Positions 15,437-28,959 of a stretch of DNA of 64,000 bases are shown piece by piece. The notes under the pieces are model-generated. The model was not told the DNA's origin and did no database searches. It saw nothing but the letters and a program-made list of their open reading frames with translations. The translations under genes and the position numbers were made by a program. Each line of letters opens with the position of its first letter. The stretch's first letter is position 1. This stretch comes from Octopus sinensis (taxonomy: Eukaryota): the NCBI RefSeq assembly GCF_006345805.1, contig NC_043006.1, positions 75,702,001-75,766,000 on the forward strand. The letters are read 5' to 3'.

Positions 15437-15897
15437 AAGGAGAAGGAAAGATCCCAAGAAGGGAAGACAGAGGAAAAAATATTTGAGCTGGTGGTGCTCA
15501 AGAGATCACGGCACAACAATAGAAATAAAATTTACTAATATTTTAAGGCTAACCAGATTTGAAGTTAATTAAATAATGATTGTTATTCGCACAGTATGGA
15601 AGGGAGAATTTAGTAACTCGACAGGAATCATCAATACAGACCAAACAAGCAACAAGCACATTTCCCGATGAACTAATATATATTATTATTTACAAAATGA
15701 GGGACTATATATGCCGCATATCCAAACTCTATGAATACTTTCGGAAGTAACAAACAACATTCTTGTAATAAGAATACAATTTATAAACTGTACAATACTA
15801 TAACAATTAATAATTCGGTTGTTAAATTTATTTAGTAAAATTAAACTATTTTTTGTCATACATATATATACATATACACACATACACACATACACAT

Positions 15898-15945
<48 letters not shown>

Positions 15946-16479
15946 GCATATATATATACATACATATTTTACGAAATATTTACCCTATTTTAAAAGTAAT
16001 TTTCACTTGAAAATATTTTTAAAATATGCGAAAAAAAGTTTATGGTATTCACTTGAAAATAATTTTAAAAATTTATATTGTCTGTTTAAAGAAAGCTAAA
16101 ATATAAATACTTACTGTACAATTTTGAAATCACATTCACTAACTGATTAAAATATTAAGTTTAACAAAAAGATAAATAGAAACAATTACTGTGAAGAACA
16201 ACTCGTATTTTTTCGTTGTCAAGTCACTAATCTATCAAATTGAATGGTTAAAGTTTCTTCCCTTTCAGGATTAAATTACTTTCGGAGTATTTTCCCATTA
16301 TGCACCGTCTTGGGTACTTATACGCCGAAACCCCCTAATATCTCTCTAACGAGTTGTCCGATTTAAGCGAAAAATGTTTTATTCCGTTTGTATTCACATT
16401 TCAGGGTGTTTATATTCATAGTATTTTCCCATTATGCGCCAGTTTGGCTGGGTATCACTGGAAGCAAGCAAGCGTGATT

Positions 16480-17105
16480 CAAGCTGGGAGAATCCTTAGT
16501 ATACCGTTCAAAATGCGTACCGGCATTGCTTCTGTCTTTACGGTCTTATTTTAAATTACACCGAGGTCGATCTTAAATTACATCAGTTTCAGGCTCAATG
16601 AAATATGTACCAGTTGAATGCTGGGGTCGATGTAATCGACTTAACCTTCCCCGAAATTTCTGGTCCTATGTAAAAACTTAGGGCGAGGAGCTGCCAGAAT
16701 CGTTAGCAGGCCGGGCAAAATGCTTAGCGGTATTTCGTCTGCTGTTACGTTCTGAGTTCAAATTCCGCTGAGATCGACGTTGCCTTTCATCCTTTCGGGG
16801 TCGATAAATTAAGTACCAGTTACGCACTGAGTTTGATGTAATCGACTTAATCCCTTTGTCTGTTCTTGTTTGTCCCCTCTATGTTTAGCCCCTTGAGGGC
16901 AATAAAGAAATAAGAAACGTTAGCACGCCGGGCAAAATACTTAACAGTAATTCGCCCGTCTTTACGTTCTGGGATCAAGTTCCCTCGAGGTCGACTTTGC
17001 CTTTCGGTATCTATAAAATAAATGCCAGTTGAGCACTGGGATCAATGTAAACGACTTAGCCGCTTGCACGAAACTTCTGGCCTTGTGCCAAAATTAGAAA
17101 CCAAT
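16480..17105 (+). mobile_element. SINE family A cluster: old copy, then tail-1 unit fused to a tail-2 unit
   Basis: tRNA-like head at 16682 (B-box gagttcaaattcc), core gcctttcatcctttcggggtcgataaattaagtaccag, tail tttagccccttg..aataaagaaat, then a second unit ending ggccttgtgccaaaattagaaacc. Confidence 0.9.
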
Positions 17106-17577
17106 ACTTATATTTCTTAATCCCCACATTTAAATCTTCGTTTTAACAACAAAAATTTTATTGTATAGTCAAATATCAAACCAGATACCGTCTGTATAAA
17201 GCAGGACAATTCAACTAACCACAACTAATTCTATGAAGTATCACTGTTTGTAAATATTTCCCTTAATGTTTACTCTGTCCCGTTCTTAGTATTTTTTTTT
17301 CTTTTTCTTTGTGCGTACGGTTTCCTTTTGGTATTATGACAGTTAAGATGTCATTACTGAAAGAAACGTCTTTCAGTAACAGACAATTTTGATAATGTAA
17401 TTTTCTTACTGAGTGATTTTAATATCACAATTGGTTTCATACAAGATTCATGTAGCAAAAACTAACATCCAGATTAATCGATTCGTGTCAACAGACCGAT
17501 TTCGATTTCTAGTTGGAAATCAATGCCCCGGAGAAAATATATACGTATGTATGTATATACGTACGTATGTATGTATG

Positions 17578-17578
17578 C

Positions 17579-17651
<73 letters not shown>

Positions 17652-17772
17652 CCTACCTACCTACCTATCTATCTATCTATCTATCTATCTTTCTATCTAT
17701 CTATCTATCTATCTATCTACCTACCTACCTACCTACCTACCTACCTACCTACCTACCTACCTACCTACCTAC

Positions 17773-17851
<79 letters not shown>

Positions 17852-17884
17852 CCTACCTACCTACCTACCTACCTACCTACCTAC

Positions 17885-17925
<41 letters not shown>
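17578..17925. repeat. Compound (ATCT)n/(ACCT)n microsatellite
   Basis: Directly visible; generates the SIYL/PTYL ORFs. Confidence 0.95.
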
Positions 17926-18204
17926 AAGTACCACTTGAAAAGGAAAGTGAGAGTAGAGAGGCAAGTTTTGTCTAGCGAATGTTTTAAAAAAAGATGGGTG
18001 AATGTAGCAAGAATGGCACGTATGAATGACGAAGCCACCTTGAGCATAGTCCTATGAACCCAGAAATCGAAAAGAGAGAGTTGCTTATTTGCAAAAAAAA
18101 AAAAAAAAAAAAAAAAAGAAATATAAAATGTGACTTCATTGACCGAGGTTACCGTGGTCTTTTCCGTAGGCTTTTCTTTCCACGGGTAAACCTCACCTGC
18201 CCTC

Positions 18205-18323
18205 CTTTACACTTCATATTGTCTGTGGAGTGCTCAACCACTTACACGTTAATTTCACGAGCAGGCTGTTCCATTGATCGGATCAACCGGAACCCTCGTC
18301 GTCGTAACCGACGGGGTGCTTCC
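18205..18323 (+). mobile_element. SINE family C, 3' fragment
   Basis: Reverse complement of ~37270-37375 (gtggagtgctcaaccac..acgagcaggctgttcc..ctcgtcgtcgtaaccgacgg). Confidence 0.75.
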
Positions 18324-18503
18324 ATTAGTCAGTCACACTATCTACCTCTGCGCCAAGTTTATGTAGTCTGTCTTGGTACATCAGTTAATGTATGATCAAC
18401 AAGCCGTAGTAAGCCCTTCCTTTTTCTGGCACATCAGTAACGTAAAACGAAATGATTAACATACATATTTAACTCGAAGTTTTGTAATGTTTATACTTAT
18501 ATA

Positions 18504-18745
18504 CAGGGTTGGCCAAAACTCACCTGCCAGTAAATCAAAACCCATTTAATTCCAAGATTAAAACAAAAAATTATTTTATATGAGACTTCGCTAATAAATA
18601 AACAAAAACAAAAGTTAAAACAAGAAACTTGCTTTAATTCACAGCATTCAATTATTGAACATTCATATTTGGAATTAATAAATAAAATTGAATATTAAAC
18701 ATTTATGGAATTTTGGTTTACTATCGAGTGACTTTTGGCCAATCT

Positions 18746-18747
<2 letters not shown>
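18504..18747. mobile_element. Tc1/mariner-type MITE (244 bp)
   Basis: TA flanks. Left end cagggttggccaaaactcacctgccagtaaatcaaaa; reverse complement of right end ctagattggccaaaagtcactcgatagtaaaccaaaa. Confidence 0.75.
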
Positions 18748-18795
<48 letters not shown>

Positions 18796-20055
18796 CAGAC
18801 GTGCAAGAAGTAAATATATAGCTTTAATTTTCAAAATTTCTGACCTAAGCGCCTTAATTATGTTTTCAGCGGTGTACAATTTACAATGTAATTATTCTTT
18901 TTCATTCCAGATGCCATTATATTAAATATTTTCGAAGAGTAACCATGCCACGCGCAAAAATTCAGCAGAACTGTCAGAATTTCAAAGAGGTCTTATTGTT
19001 GGTCAATCTGAGGCTGGTCTTAGCCAGCGAAAAATTGCCGAAAATCTTCAAATTCCTCTTGCTACTGTTAATAGAATTATAGTGAAATTCAAAAGCCAAG
19101 GAAAAGAATCAACGGATTCTCGTCCCGGCTGATGTGGACTCTCGGAAAGGAAGCTTCGCTGTTTCAAGAGAATTGTGGGAAACGAACCCCGTTGGAAGGC
19201 TTGGCTTCTGACATTGCAAAACAGCTAGAAGTTAGTCCAAGAAGGTGTGTTACGTATCTGCATAAGCTTGGGTATTATGGACGAGCAGCTAGAAGAAAAC
19301 CTCTCCTTCTACTAATATCATGAAAAGAAAGAAATGGGCTAAGATGTCAGAAAACTCCAGTTCAATTTGTGATAGAGTAATTTTATCAGATGAATCCAGA
19401 TTTGCATTATTTTCAGACAGTGGACGTGTTTGGGTCTGCAAGCTTCACAATCAATATTTGATTTGAAACGACTCCAACCAACTGTGAAACATGGCGGTAT
19501 CTTTGTAATGGTATGGGGAGCTGTCACCAGTAATGGTCGTTCTGAGCTGATCGAATGTGTTGGAACTATAAACTCTGAAAAATACATCGAAATACTTAAG
19601 CAAGGATTAGTTCCGATGTATTCACACGATAACGAAAAAGGAGTTTTTATTCATGGAAGATGGGGCTCCAGCCACAGAGCGAAAAGGAATCAACAATGTT
19701 TGATTGAAAATGGGATCAAAAAGCTTTCTTGGCTGAGCAAATCTTCTGACATGAACCCAACTGAAAATCTTTGGCGCATGCTAGATAGAGCCATACGAAA
19801 AACTCGACAGAATCCTAAATCTAATGATGAATTGTTTCGATTGTTGCGAGAAAAGCGGGCAGAAATTCCACAAGAGACAATCACAAAGCTCATTAGTTCA
19901 ATGCCAAAAAGAGTTTCTGAATTAAGAACTGCAAAGGGAATGTCATCTAAATACTAAAGTATATAGTCCTACCTATCGATTACATTTCAATTGCTCGCTT
20001 TGCGTATTAAATAAAAGATCTTGAAAATTAAAGGTGTTTATTCACTTCCTGCATG

Positions 20056-20059
<4 letters not shown>
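18796..20059 (+). mobile_element. Full-length decayed Tc1-family DNA transposon
   Basis: ~42-bp degenerate TIRs (acgtgcaagaagtaaatatatagctttaattttcaa vs acatgcaggaagtgaataaacacctttaattttcaa) in a (TA)n site; ~1.26 kb. Confidence 0.9.
18945..19957 (+). pseudogene. Tc1 transposase pseudogene
   Basis: [38 protein letters not shown] and [11 protein letters not shown] motifs spread over several frames with stops. Confidence 0.9.
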
Positions 20060-20095
<36 letters not shown>

Positions 20096-20911
20096 TAGGC
20101 ATACTTTGTTTTAGTCCACTGGCACTCTCAGTCAGCCAAAGAGAAGCTGAATTAGATTCATTTCCAGAGTTTATGATAATCAATCCTTCAGAGAAATAAA
20201 TAGCTATTATACTCAATATACAAGCGACAAATATGTGTGCATAGTAAGAATAAGAATTGTATTTTCGTTGCAATGTCGATGAAGACTATTAAACATATAA
20301 AATATATTGTGCATTTACAAATTAGATTCAAGAACAGTAATTATCGCAAATATATTACTATGTTACTATATTAATTATTAATTACCTGGATTACTAATTA
20401 AGCGAATATAAGGCAACATTTTATAGAAGGAAATGTTAGCTATTTGTTAACGATCAATAACATATTTCTTTTTTGGGGAAGACAGCGAGTTTCCAAGCTG
20501 CCTTGATATAATATTTTATGTTTGCTTCAATGAAACAACTGAGGCTAATAAAGAAGAATGATCTGAAAGCTCTTACAAGTTGTTATATTGTGCTACGGTG
20601 ACAATGTAACGTAATAAAGGTTGTCCATAATAGATTGTGTACGGTTAAGGAAAGCGTACACATGTTGAGGAAATTCAAAACCCTTTTTTCTGTTACGTAA
20701 CAAATCTGCCAATAAAAATGTTTGATAGCTTCTCTTTCTTTTAACTTCAAGAGAGTAATATAGTATGTTTCTACTGAACTGACATTTAAGGCAGTAGATA
20801 GCATCTCTAGTGTTTCACGTAAAATGGTAAGTAATAAAGAAGCGATGTTAGTTGAGTCTAAGAAATATAGTTGAATGTAAGATACTATGTGTTGGGCTCA
20901 GTGGATGTGAA

Positions 20912-21346
20912 GCGCAGGAGTGGTTGTGTGGTAAGTAGCTTGCTTACCGGGTTCAATCCCAGTGCGTGGCAATTTGGGCAAGTGTCTTCTACTATAGCCT
21001 CTGGCCGACCAAAGCCTTGTGAGTGGATATGGAAGACGGAAAGTGAAAAGAAGCCAGTCGTATATATGTATATTATTATATATATAATATATATAATAAT
21101 AATATGTGTGTGTGGTGTGTGTGTGTGTGTGTATGTGTGTGCATTTGTGTATTTGTCCTCCAACAGCGCTTGACAACCGATGCTGGTGTGTTTACGTCCC
21201 CGTAACTTAGTGGTTCGGCAGAAGAGAATGATAGAATAAGTACTAGGCTTACAAAGAATAAGTCCTACTGTCGATTTGCTCGACTAAAGGCGGTGCTCCA
21301 GCATGGCCGCAGTCAAATGACTGAAACAAGTAAAAGAGTAAAAGAG
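20912..21346 (+). mobile_element. SINE family B (tRNA-derived, CORE/V-like tgggcaag motif, internal microsatellite)
   Basis: Head gcgcaggagtggttgtgtggtaag..ggttcaatccc, then tgggcaagtgtcttctactatagcc, a (TA)/(TG) tract and tail gactgaaacaagtaaaagagtaaaagag. Confidence 0.9.
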
Positions 21347-21688
21347 ATGAGTATATACTTACATATATGTGAGTATACTCGTATGTACATTTTATGTGAA
21401 TTAGTGTACATTTTATATGAATAATATATAGTCTATTGACTAATTTTTCTATACGCTAGGCCACTGGTAGTAAAAATTTCTAAAATTGTTATTAGCCTGA
21501 TATTATTAATTATCTATATATAAGAATATAAGGATAAAAATCACATTAATGATGTACATCAAGTAGTCAGCATGCTATAAAAAATTATAGGCAATTAATA
21601 CATTAAATTAATAATAATGTACATATGAATATAACTATATCAAGGGAGATCGGGCAAAAGCGACCTTTTTCCAGCATGCTTAAGTGCC

Positions 21689-21849
21689 GGTAGCTTCAAA
21701 AACTACCAAAATCTCCAGCTAAAACACGTGGTTCAAAGCAGGCAAGCGATAGAAAATTAAAAAGTTAGTCTTTTTAATTTTCTCTCGCTAACCCGCTTTC
21801 AACCACGTGTATGTTTTAGCTGGAGTTTTTGGTAGATTTTGAAGGTACC
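21689..21849. repeat. ~160-bp imperfect palindrome
   Basis: Arms ggtagcttcaaaaactaccaaaatctccagctaaaacacgtggt.. and ..accacgtgtatgttttagctggagtttttggtagattttgaaggtacc, centred near 21767. Upstream 21400-21510 matches 49670-49780. Confidence 0.85.
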
Positions 21850-22159
21850 ACACAGTTACAAGTATTTCATTTACTTCCTTTTGTTCTCTGCCCATGAAGG
21901 AAACAGCTTTTTAGATTAATCCAGAAATTGGTCCAATCCAGAGATAACTAAATTTCATGAATTTCTGTTAGCTTGCTTCCGTGTTTCGACTGTTGTCTAA
22001 TAAGAATAGTGAAAATATTTTACGTGGTTCAACGATTTAACGTCTATTTTCTAAATATAGGCAAAGAAGTTTTTCTATGCACTTATTTTTAATTGTATAT
22101 ATGTATGAATGCATATGCGTATGCATGTATGTTTGTATGTATGTATATTTGTATCTATG

Positions 22160-22206
<47 letters not shown>

Positions 22207-22278
22207 ATAACATACATATATATATATATGTATATTGATATATATATATGTATATTGATTTATGTATATATATATGTG

Positions 22279-22319
<41 letters not shown>

Positions 22320-22655
22320 TATATATATATGTATATTGATATATATACCTGTATGGGTGTGTATGTCTGTGTGTGTTGAAATATGCGTGCGTGTGTGGTG
22401 CATGCACGTGTACATACACTTGCTTGCTTTGTGTATCTCGCATGATGAATCATTCAATAAAACCACGATCATAAGTAGAAACCTAACTCTGAGCTTTTTT
22501 TAACGACTGATTTCTATTCATAGTATAGCTGTGTGAAGTTCACTGATATCTTGAGGTTCCCTTGACAGTTCATTGAAATATAGTCAGTGACTAATTTCGT
22601 CATATTTTATTTTCAATCACATTTGTCACTCGATTTTTTTTCTCTTATTATATAC

Positions 22656-22709
<54 letters not shown>

Positions 22710-23628
22710 TATATGTGTATATATATTGTATATATATATATATATATATTATATATAATATATATATATATATACACATGCACATACATATCTATCTATA
22801 TTATATATATACATATATGTATGTATGTGTGTGTGTGAGAGAGAGAGAGTGTATTTGTACACACACACACACATATATATATATATTGCGATTTATAACC
22901 ATGTTACCACTTCAATTTTGTTTCTATTTTTCTGTCCACATACATGCATACATATACATACATACTTCCATACATACATACATACATACATACATACATA
23001 CATACATACATACATACATACATACATACATACATACATACACATGTGTGTATATGTGTGTATGAGTGTGTGTATATGTATGCGTGTATATTTAACTATT
23101 TATATATATGTATCAATAGATGTTTTATGATTTTCAAATCATAAATTGTCTGCGTTCATGTAGCTTCGTATGAGAAAGTTTACGATGCCACATATATTTA
23201 CAAACCTAAATTCCAACATGTTTACACTATTGCCTGTCTGTGCGATCGATTTTATCGACATTGCCTCATCAAGTCTTGTAATGGCAATCGGGAGTAATTT
23301 ATCTAAAAAAATCATTTCTCGAGCAACACACACACACACACACACACATAGATACATACATACACACACGCACATACATACTTTTGCACGAAGATACGCA
23401 CACACTTCCTCTCTCTCACACACGCGCGCACACACAGATACGTACAACTAACGAAAAGAAGGCAGTGAAAATAAGCTGTAATTATTATTTTCAGCCTCCG
23501 TGAGAAATTAAAATTATCGGACATTGACCTCTTCATTCTAGATTCTTGAATGGTAACTCTGCTAGACTGCAGAGTCCAACGGGATACATACATGCATTTG
23601 TACATACATACATACATACATACATACA

Positions 23629-23661
<33 letters not shown>

Positions 23662-24055
23662 TCTTTTATTCTTTCTGCTTGTTTCAGTCATCTGATTGCG
23701 GCCATGCTGGAGCGCTGCTTTGATGAGTTTTAGTCGAACAAACCTACCCCAGGAATTATTATTTTAAGTATTATAATTATTCTCTCCGTATCTTTCGCCG
23801 AACTGCTGAGTAAACAGGGACATAAACACACCAACACTGGTTGTCAAGCGGTGATAGGGGACAAACACAGACACAAAATATACACAGACACACACACACA
23901 CACATACACACACATGACAAGCTTCTCCCAGTTTCCGTCTACACGTCTTTGGTCAGCCCGAGGCTGTAGTAGAAGACCCTCGCCCAATGTGCCACGCAGT
24001 GGAACTGATACCGGAACCATGTTGTTGGGAAACAATCTTCTTACCACGTGGCCAC
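23662..24055 (-). mobile_element. SINE family B
   Basis: gcggccatgctggagc, gcccgaggctgtagtagaagac and gtgccacgcagtggaactga..ggaaccatg match the family consensus seen in other copies. Confidence 0.85.
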
Positions 24056-24129
24056 GCTAAACTGAGGAAAATACCTGCTGAGATTAGCAGTATCGCGGTT
24101 GTTGGTACGCTCACACGATGCGTATTGTT

Positions 24130-24900
24130 TCACTCGGTGTGTAATTTGAAATCCGCGCATATGTACGTACGCCGTTGTCTAATACGGGAAACTTATGCTT
24201 TACGCGTTCGAGCTGGGCCATATCGCTGCGGAAGCAACAACAAAAAAAAAATGGTTGTGCGAAAATCGAATGTGCAGTTGACCAAAGTGCAGTTATCAGA
24301 AGGTTCTTGAAAATTCTCTCGGTTTGCAAGAACTTCGAAGATCAGGCAAGGTTAGGTAGGCCTAACCGTGCTCTAAGATATAAAGGCAAGGTTGGCGAGG
24401 GGCATTCGGGGAGCATCGAGCATCGAGCAAGATCGGCACATTACGGATGTATGCACATGTGCGACAAAAATACCTAGCATTTGTTAACAGAAAACGAGTT
24501 CTTCTGCCGCAGAGCAACACAAGATCCTACACCATTCGAATGGACCGGAATGATCTCCTGGAACTTGATGGAATCGAACTGATGCCCGCTGCATTCAGCA
24601 TATAGTACGGATCAAGCTCCTTCGGATTATTAATTGTTCCGATCCTTGACTTACTTTCTGCGTTTGCGAGGCTTCATCAACCAAGAATGGAGGAGTTCTT
24701 CGCCTTGGAAGATAAGAACTGGTATCAGCGTGGGATGAAAGGACTGGTATCAGCGTGGGATGAAAGAACTGGCAGAAAAGGGGCTTTAGACCGTGCAACA
24801 TGCTGGCTTCTACTTTCAACGCTAGGCTGCTCTGTTTTACTTTTATGAATAAAGAATATAAGTTAATAAAGAATACTGCTGAACTTTTAACAGAACACAA
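24130..24900 (+). mobile_element. Decayed mariner remnants (N- and C-terminal transposase pieces)
   Basis: FELGHIAAEAT..AVDQSAVIRRF..FEDQARLGRP (24205-24365) and AYSTDQAPSDY*LFRSL..DKNWYQRGMK (24595-24790). Includes a ~25-bp tandem duplication actggtatcagcgtgggatgaaag. Confidence 0.8.
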
Positions 24901-24955
24901 TACACACACACACACACTCTCTCTCACACACACACACATACACACACACGCACAC

Positions 24956-24996
<41 letters not shown>

Positions 24997-25084
24997 TACA
25001 CACGCACTCACACGCACACGCACACACACACATTATTTAATCTCTGAGCGAGAATTAAACAGTAGCAGTACGGAATCGTAAAAT

Positions 25085-25451
25085 ATAATTGCCAACTAAA
25101 TGTGGCGGTCCCATAGAGGACTATGCTACTGTTGTTTTTAGGTCCAGGAGGACATCCCGAGCTGGCTAACGGCAAACTGTCTGTGTTCGATTGCCTATTT
25201 CTCCTTTTTCGAGATCAGAGACTGTCACTGGGAAAAGCATATAGTATTTTGCGTGTGGAATGATTTTTCATCAATAGCTCGTGATTGTCACACACTGATG
25301 ACGGGTTACGTCCCAGAAACCCGGGTCTGTCTGTATCACGTAAGGCTAGAGATAGGGACAATGACTGCTTCTCACAAATACCAGCTGAAGGAGATGGACT
25401 CCTCGGGATAAAAACAACAGTCCCCTCTATAGGACTGCCAGATTTAGTTGG

Positions 25452-25459
<8 letters not shown>
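25085..25459 (+). mobile_element. ~370-bp element with ~80-bp inverted ends and an internal hammerhead
   Basis: Left tataattgccaactaaatgtggcggtcccatagagg..ctgttgttttta; reverse complement of right end tataattaccaactaaatctggcagtcctatagagg..ctgttgttttta. Confidence 0.75.
25289..25333 (+). ncRNA. Type I minimal hammerhead ribozyme
   Basis: aca-CTGATGA-c-ggg-ttacgt-ccc-a-GAAA-cccgg-GTC-tgt, with palindromic stem III acccgggt and a GUC triplet. Confidence 0.7.
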
Positions 25460-25501
<42 letters not shown>

Positions 25502-25559
25502 CACATATTTATATAAATATTATATCTTCTGGTAAAATTCTAAATACCAATTTATTGTC

Positions 25560-25755
25560 CTTTCCACTAGAGGTACTAGGCCTGGAATCTGTAGGGCAGG
25601 GGATAGTCGATCCTATTGACCCCAGTACTTGACTGGTACTCATTTACCGACCCCCAACGGTATGAAAGGCGAAATAGACCTCAGCAGAATTTGAACTCGG
25701 AACATAAATACGGGCGAAATGCCGCTAAGCATTCGATTCTGGCAGCTCGCCACCT
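25560..25755 (-). mobile_element. SINE family A, diverged
   Basis: gaccccagtacttgactggtac..atgaaaggcgaaa..gaatttgaactc..gccgctaagcatt..gcagctcgccacc. Confidence 0.75.
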
Positions 25756-26545
25756 TATCTTCACCAATTTATATTATCATGTATTATACATTCGAGTAGA
25801 TTACTATCTAGTTACTAAATTTAGCCTTAAACCAAGTAAATTTTAATATATATTATTTAAATTAATTTGAAAGGACTTTTATACAGACATATAAATCACA
25901 ACTAATATTTAAAGCGCTTTGTGGAAATTAGCCAAAAGTGACGAAATCTGGCAGAAATCTCTCAACAATCAGCCGTTCCCTTCATTGAAAAAAGAGAAAA
26001 TATATTGAATAATGTAATCTAAGACATGCCGACTGAAAAGGAAAGATGGGTTTGCCATATTTAGACGGCCCCTAATCGTAAAGTTTGCTTCATACGAGAG
26101 CTGATGCGGAATTAAAATACATTCACAACAGTAGCAACAACACTGACAAATAAAATAAGAGTAATGGATGGTCTCATTTTGCTTAATGCTTCAAGGTTTG
26201 CGCGTGTTCTTTGTGAATATATTAGCGCTACCATGCTTAAAAGAAAAATAGGGATTGCTTTTTAGATGTTATTAGTGGTGATGGTTGTGGTGGTGGTGGT
26301 GGTGCTACGTGGTTTAGGCGTAACATAAAACGGCGCTTTGTTGTTTGATTTTGAAATTTTGGTATAGCATTTTTACCGTTTCCATCTACAGCTACGACAA
26401 TATTTTTAGAAATCACTGAGAATTTCTTTGATCGTAATGCATTTGACATTTCTCGCATCCCACATTTCTTTCTTCTCATAGGTGAGATTATTTTTCTGCA
26501 TTTCCTGTTACATATATTACTGTACAACTTTGTAAGTATGAAATA

Positions 26546-26650
<105 letters not shown>

Positions 26651-26839
26651 ATATATATATATAATATATATATATGTGTGTGTATATATATATATATATT
26701 ATATATATATATATCATATATATATGTATATATATATATATATTATATATATAATATATATATACACACACACACATATATATATACACACACGTGGTAT
26801 TTTGATTTTGCATTATGTATTTCTTAATGGCAAAATCTC

Positions 26840-26878
<39 letters not shown>

Positions 26879-26921
26879 TATGTGTGTGTGAGTGTGTATG
26901 TGTATATATATATGTGTACAC

Positions 26922-26970
<49 letters not shown>

Positions 26971-27286
26971 ATATATGCTAACACACTCACACGCAGGCGC
27001 GCACATACACACACATTTATATAGAGTGTCTATGTTAGAGCAGTAATGCCAATCGACGTTGAAAAGAAAACTTTCCTTACGATTCTTTATAACCTATTCC
27101 ACTTGAACATTTTAAAGATTCGGTGATATGTGAAACAAATTTGCTAAGCATTAGGCGAGAAATTTATTTTATTTTACTCCAAAGGTACATCATAGCAATA
27201 ACCACATTTTCTTGTTATATACATTTTAAATCTTAGACGAGTATTTCGAACGTCTGTTTTCTTGTTGTATTCTTATGCGGTTTCAA

Positions 27287-28015
27287 GTTGGCGAGCTGGC
27301 AGAAACGTTAGCACTCTGGGCGAAATGCTTAGCGGTATTTTGTCTGCTGCTACGTTCTGAGTTCAAATTCCACCGAGGTCGACTTTGCCTTTCATCCTTT
27401 CGGGAGCGATAAAATAAGTACCAGTTACGCACTGGAGTCGATATAATCGACTTAATCCGTTTGTCTGTCCTTGTTTGTCCTCTCTGTGTTTAGCCCCTTG
27501 TAGGTAGTATAGAAATATATATTTCGTCTGCTGCTACGTTCTAAGTTCAAATTCCGCCGAGGTCGACTTTGCCTTTCATCATTTCGGGGTCGATTAAATA
27601 AGTACCAGTTACGCACTGGGGTCGATATAATGGACTTAATCAGTTTGTCTGTCCTTGTTTGTCCTCTCTGTGTTTAACCCCTTGTGGGTAGTAAAAAATA
27701 GGTATTTCGTCTGCCACTACGTTCTGATTTCAAATTGCGCCGAGGCCGACTTTGTCTTTCATCCTTTCGGAGTCGATTTAATCTCTGGGTTCGACATAAT
27801 CGACTTGATCAGTTTGTCTGTCCTTGTTTGTCCTCTCTGTGTTTTGTCCCTTGTGGGTAGTAAGGAAATAGCTATTTCTTCTGTATTTACGTTCTGAGTT
27901 GAAATTCCGCCGAAGTCGACATTGTGTTTCATTCTTTCATAGTCGAGAAATTAAGTACCATTTACTACCGGGGTCGATATAATCGATTGGCCCCCACTCT
28001 CCCAAAATTGATGGG
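27287..28015 (+). mobile_element. SINE family A tetramer-like array
   Basis: One head, then ~185-bp units restarting at tatttcgtctg (~27520, 27703, 27873). The last unit ends in tail type 2. Confidence 0.9.
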
Positions 28016-28039
28016 GTAGCGCATTAAAGAATTTAATCG

Positions 28040-28408
28040 GCTCCGATTCTTGATATTTCTTATGCCTGGTACGTATTGTAATGGGTTATTCTGCCGAACA
28101 GCTTTGTTACTGAAGTATAAACAGACCAGCACACGAAGGTCAAACGGTGGTGGAGAACAGACAGACACAAAGACACTCTCTCTCACACACACTCACGCAT
28201 GCACACACAAAGGCCCAAAAAGACACACACACATACGCATAAATAGAGTGCAGGCTTCGTTCATCATCTGTCTACCAAATCCACTCACAAGGCTTTGGTC
28301 GGCTCGAGACTATAGTAGAAGTCACTTAACTAAAGTGTCATGCAGTGGGACTGAACCGCAACTATTTGGTTGGGAAGCAAGCTCCATACCACACTGCCAA
28401 ACACTCGC
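28040..28408 (-). mobile_element. SINE family B, diverged
   Basis: taccaaatccactcacaaggctttggtcggc..ctatagtagaag..gcagtgggactgaacc. Confidence 0.85.
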
Positions 28409-28441
28409 GTGTATATATATACATATATAATATATATTATA

Positions 28442-28486
<45 letters not shown>

Positions 28487-28489
28487 CAT

Positions 28490-28597
<108 letters not shown>

Positions 28598-28626
28598 CAT
28601 ATATATATATACATACATATATATAT

Positions 28627-28677
<51 letters not shown>

Positions 28678-28844
28678 GATGGTTTGTTGCCAGCTTAGTG
28701 TGGCAGGCCCAGGAAAGGGGAGAATGCTACTGCTATTTAACTCCAAGAAACAACGTTTCTAGTTGGCTATGTGGCACAAGCCTTCTGTGTCCTTAAGTTT
28801 TCAAACAGGGGAAATCAGCACTTCTACCCAACAAAGCCAGCACA

Positions 28845-28883
28845 CAGAGACTAGTTTCAGGGTAGTTGCTCTTCATCAGTCTG
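28845..28883 (-). ncRNA. Type I minimal hammerhead ribozyme
   Basis: Minus strand caga-CTGATGA-agag-caacta-ccct-GAAA-cta-GTC-tctg. Stem I is a perfect 4 bp, stem III is palindromic (actagt). Adjacent 28685-28790 is homologous to the 25088-25190 arm. Confidence 0.75.
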
Positions 28884-28959
28884 GAGTAGCTTGGCGTTGC
28901 TAGCTGAATTCTTTATTATAAGCATATAGCTCTGAGAAAGAAGCGACGAAGAAAGACAG

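Noticed and set aside
17413-18057. 214-aa SIYL/PTYL repeat ORF
   Set aside because: Tetranucleotide microsatellite artefact.
27287-28015. SINE heads as tRNA genes, and regularly spaced repeats as a CRISPR array
   Set aside because: The heads lack a complete cloverleaf and continue into SINE bodies. The units are ~185-205-bp tandem copies without unique spacers, in a eukaryotic context with no cas genes.
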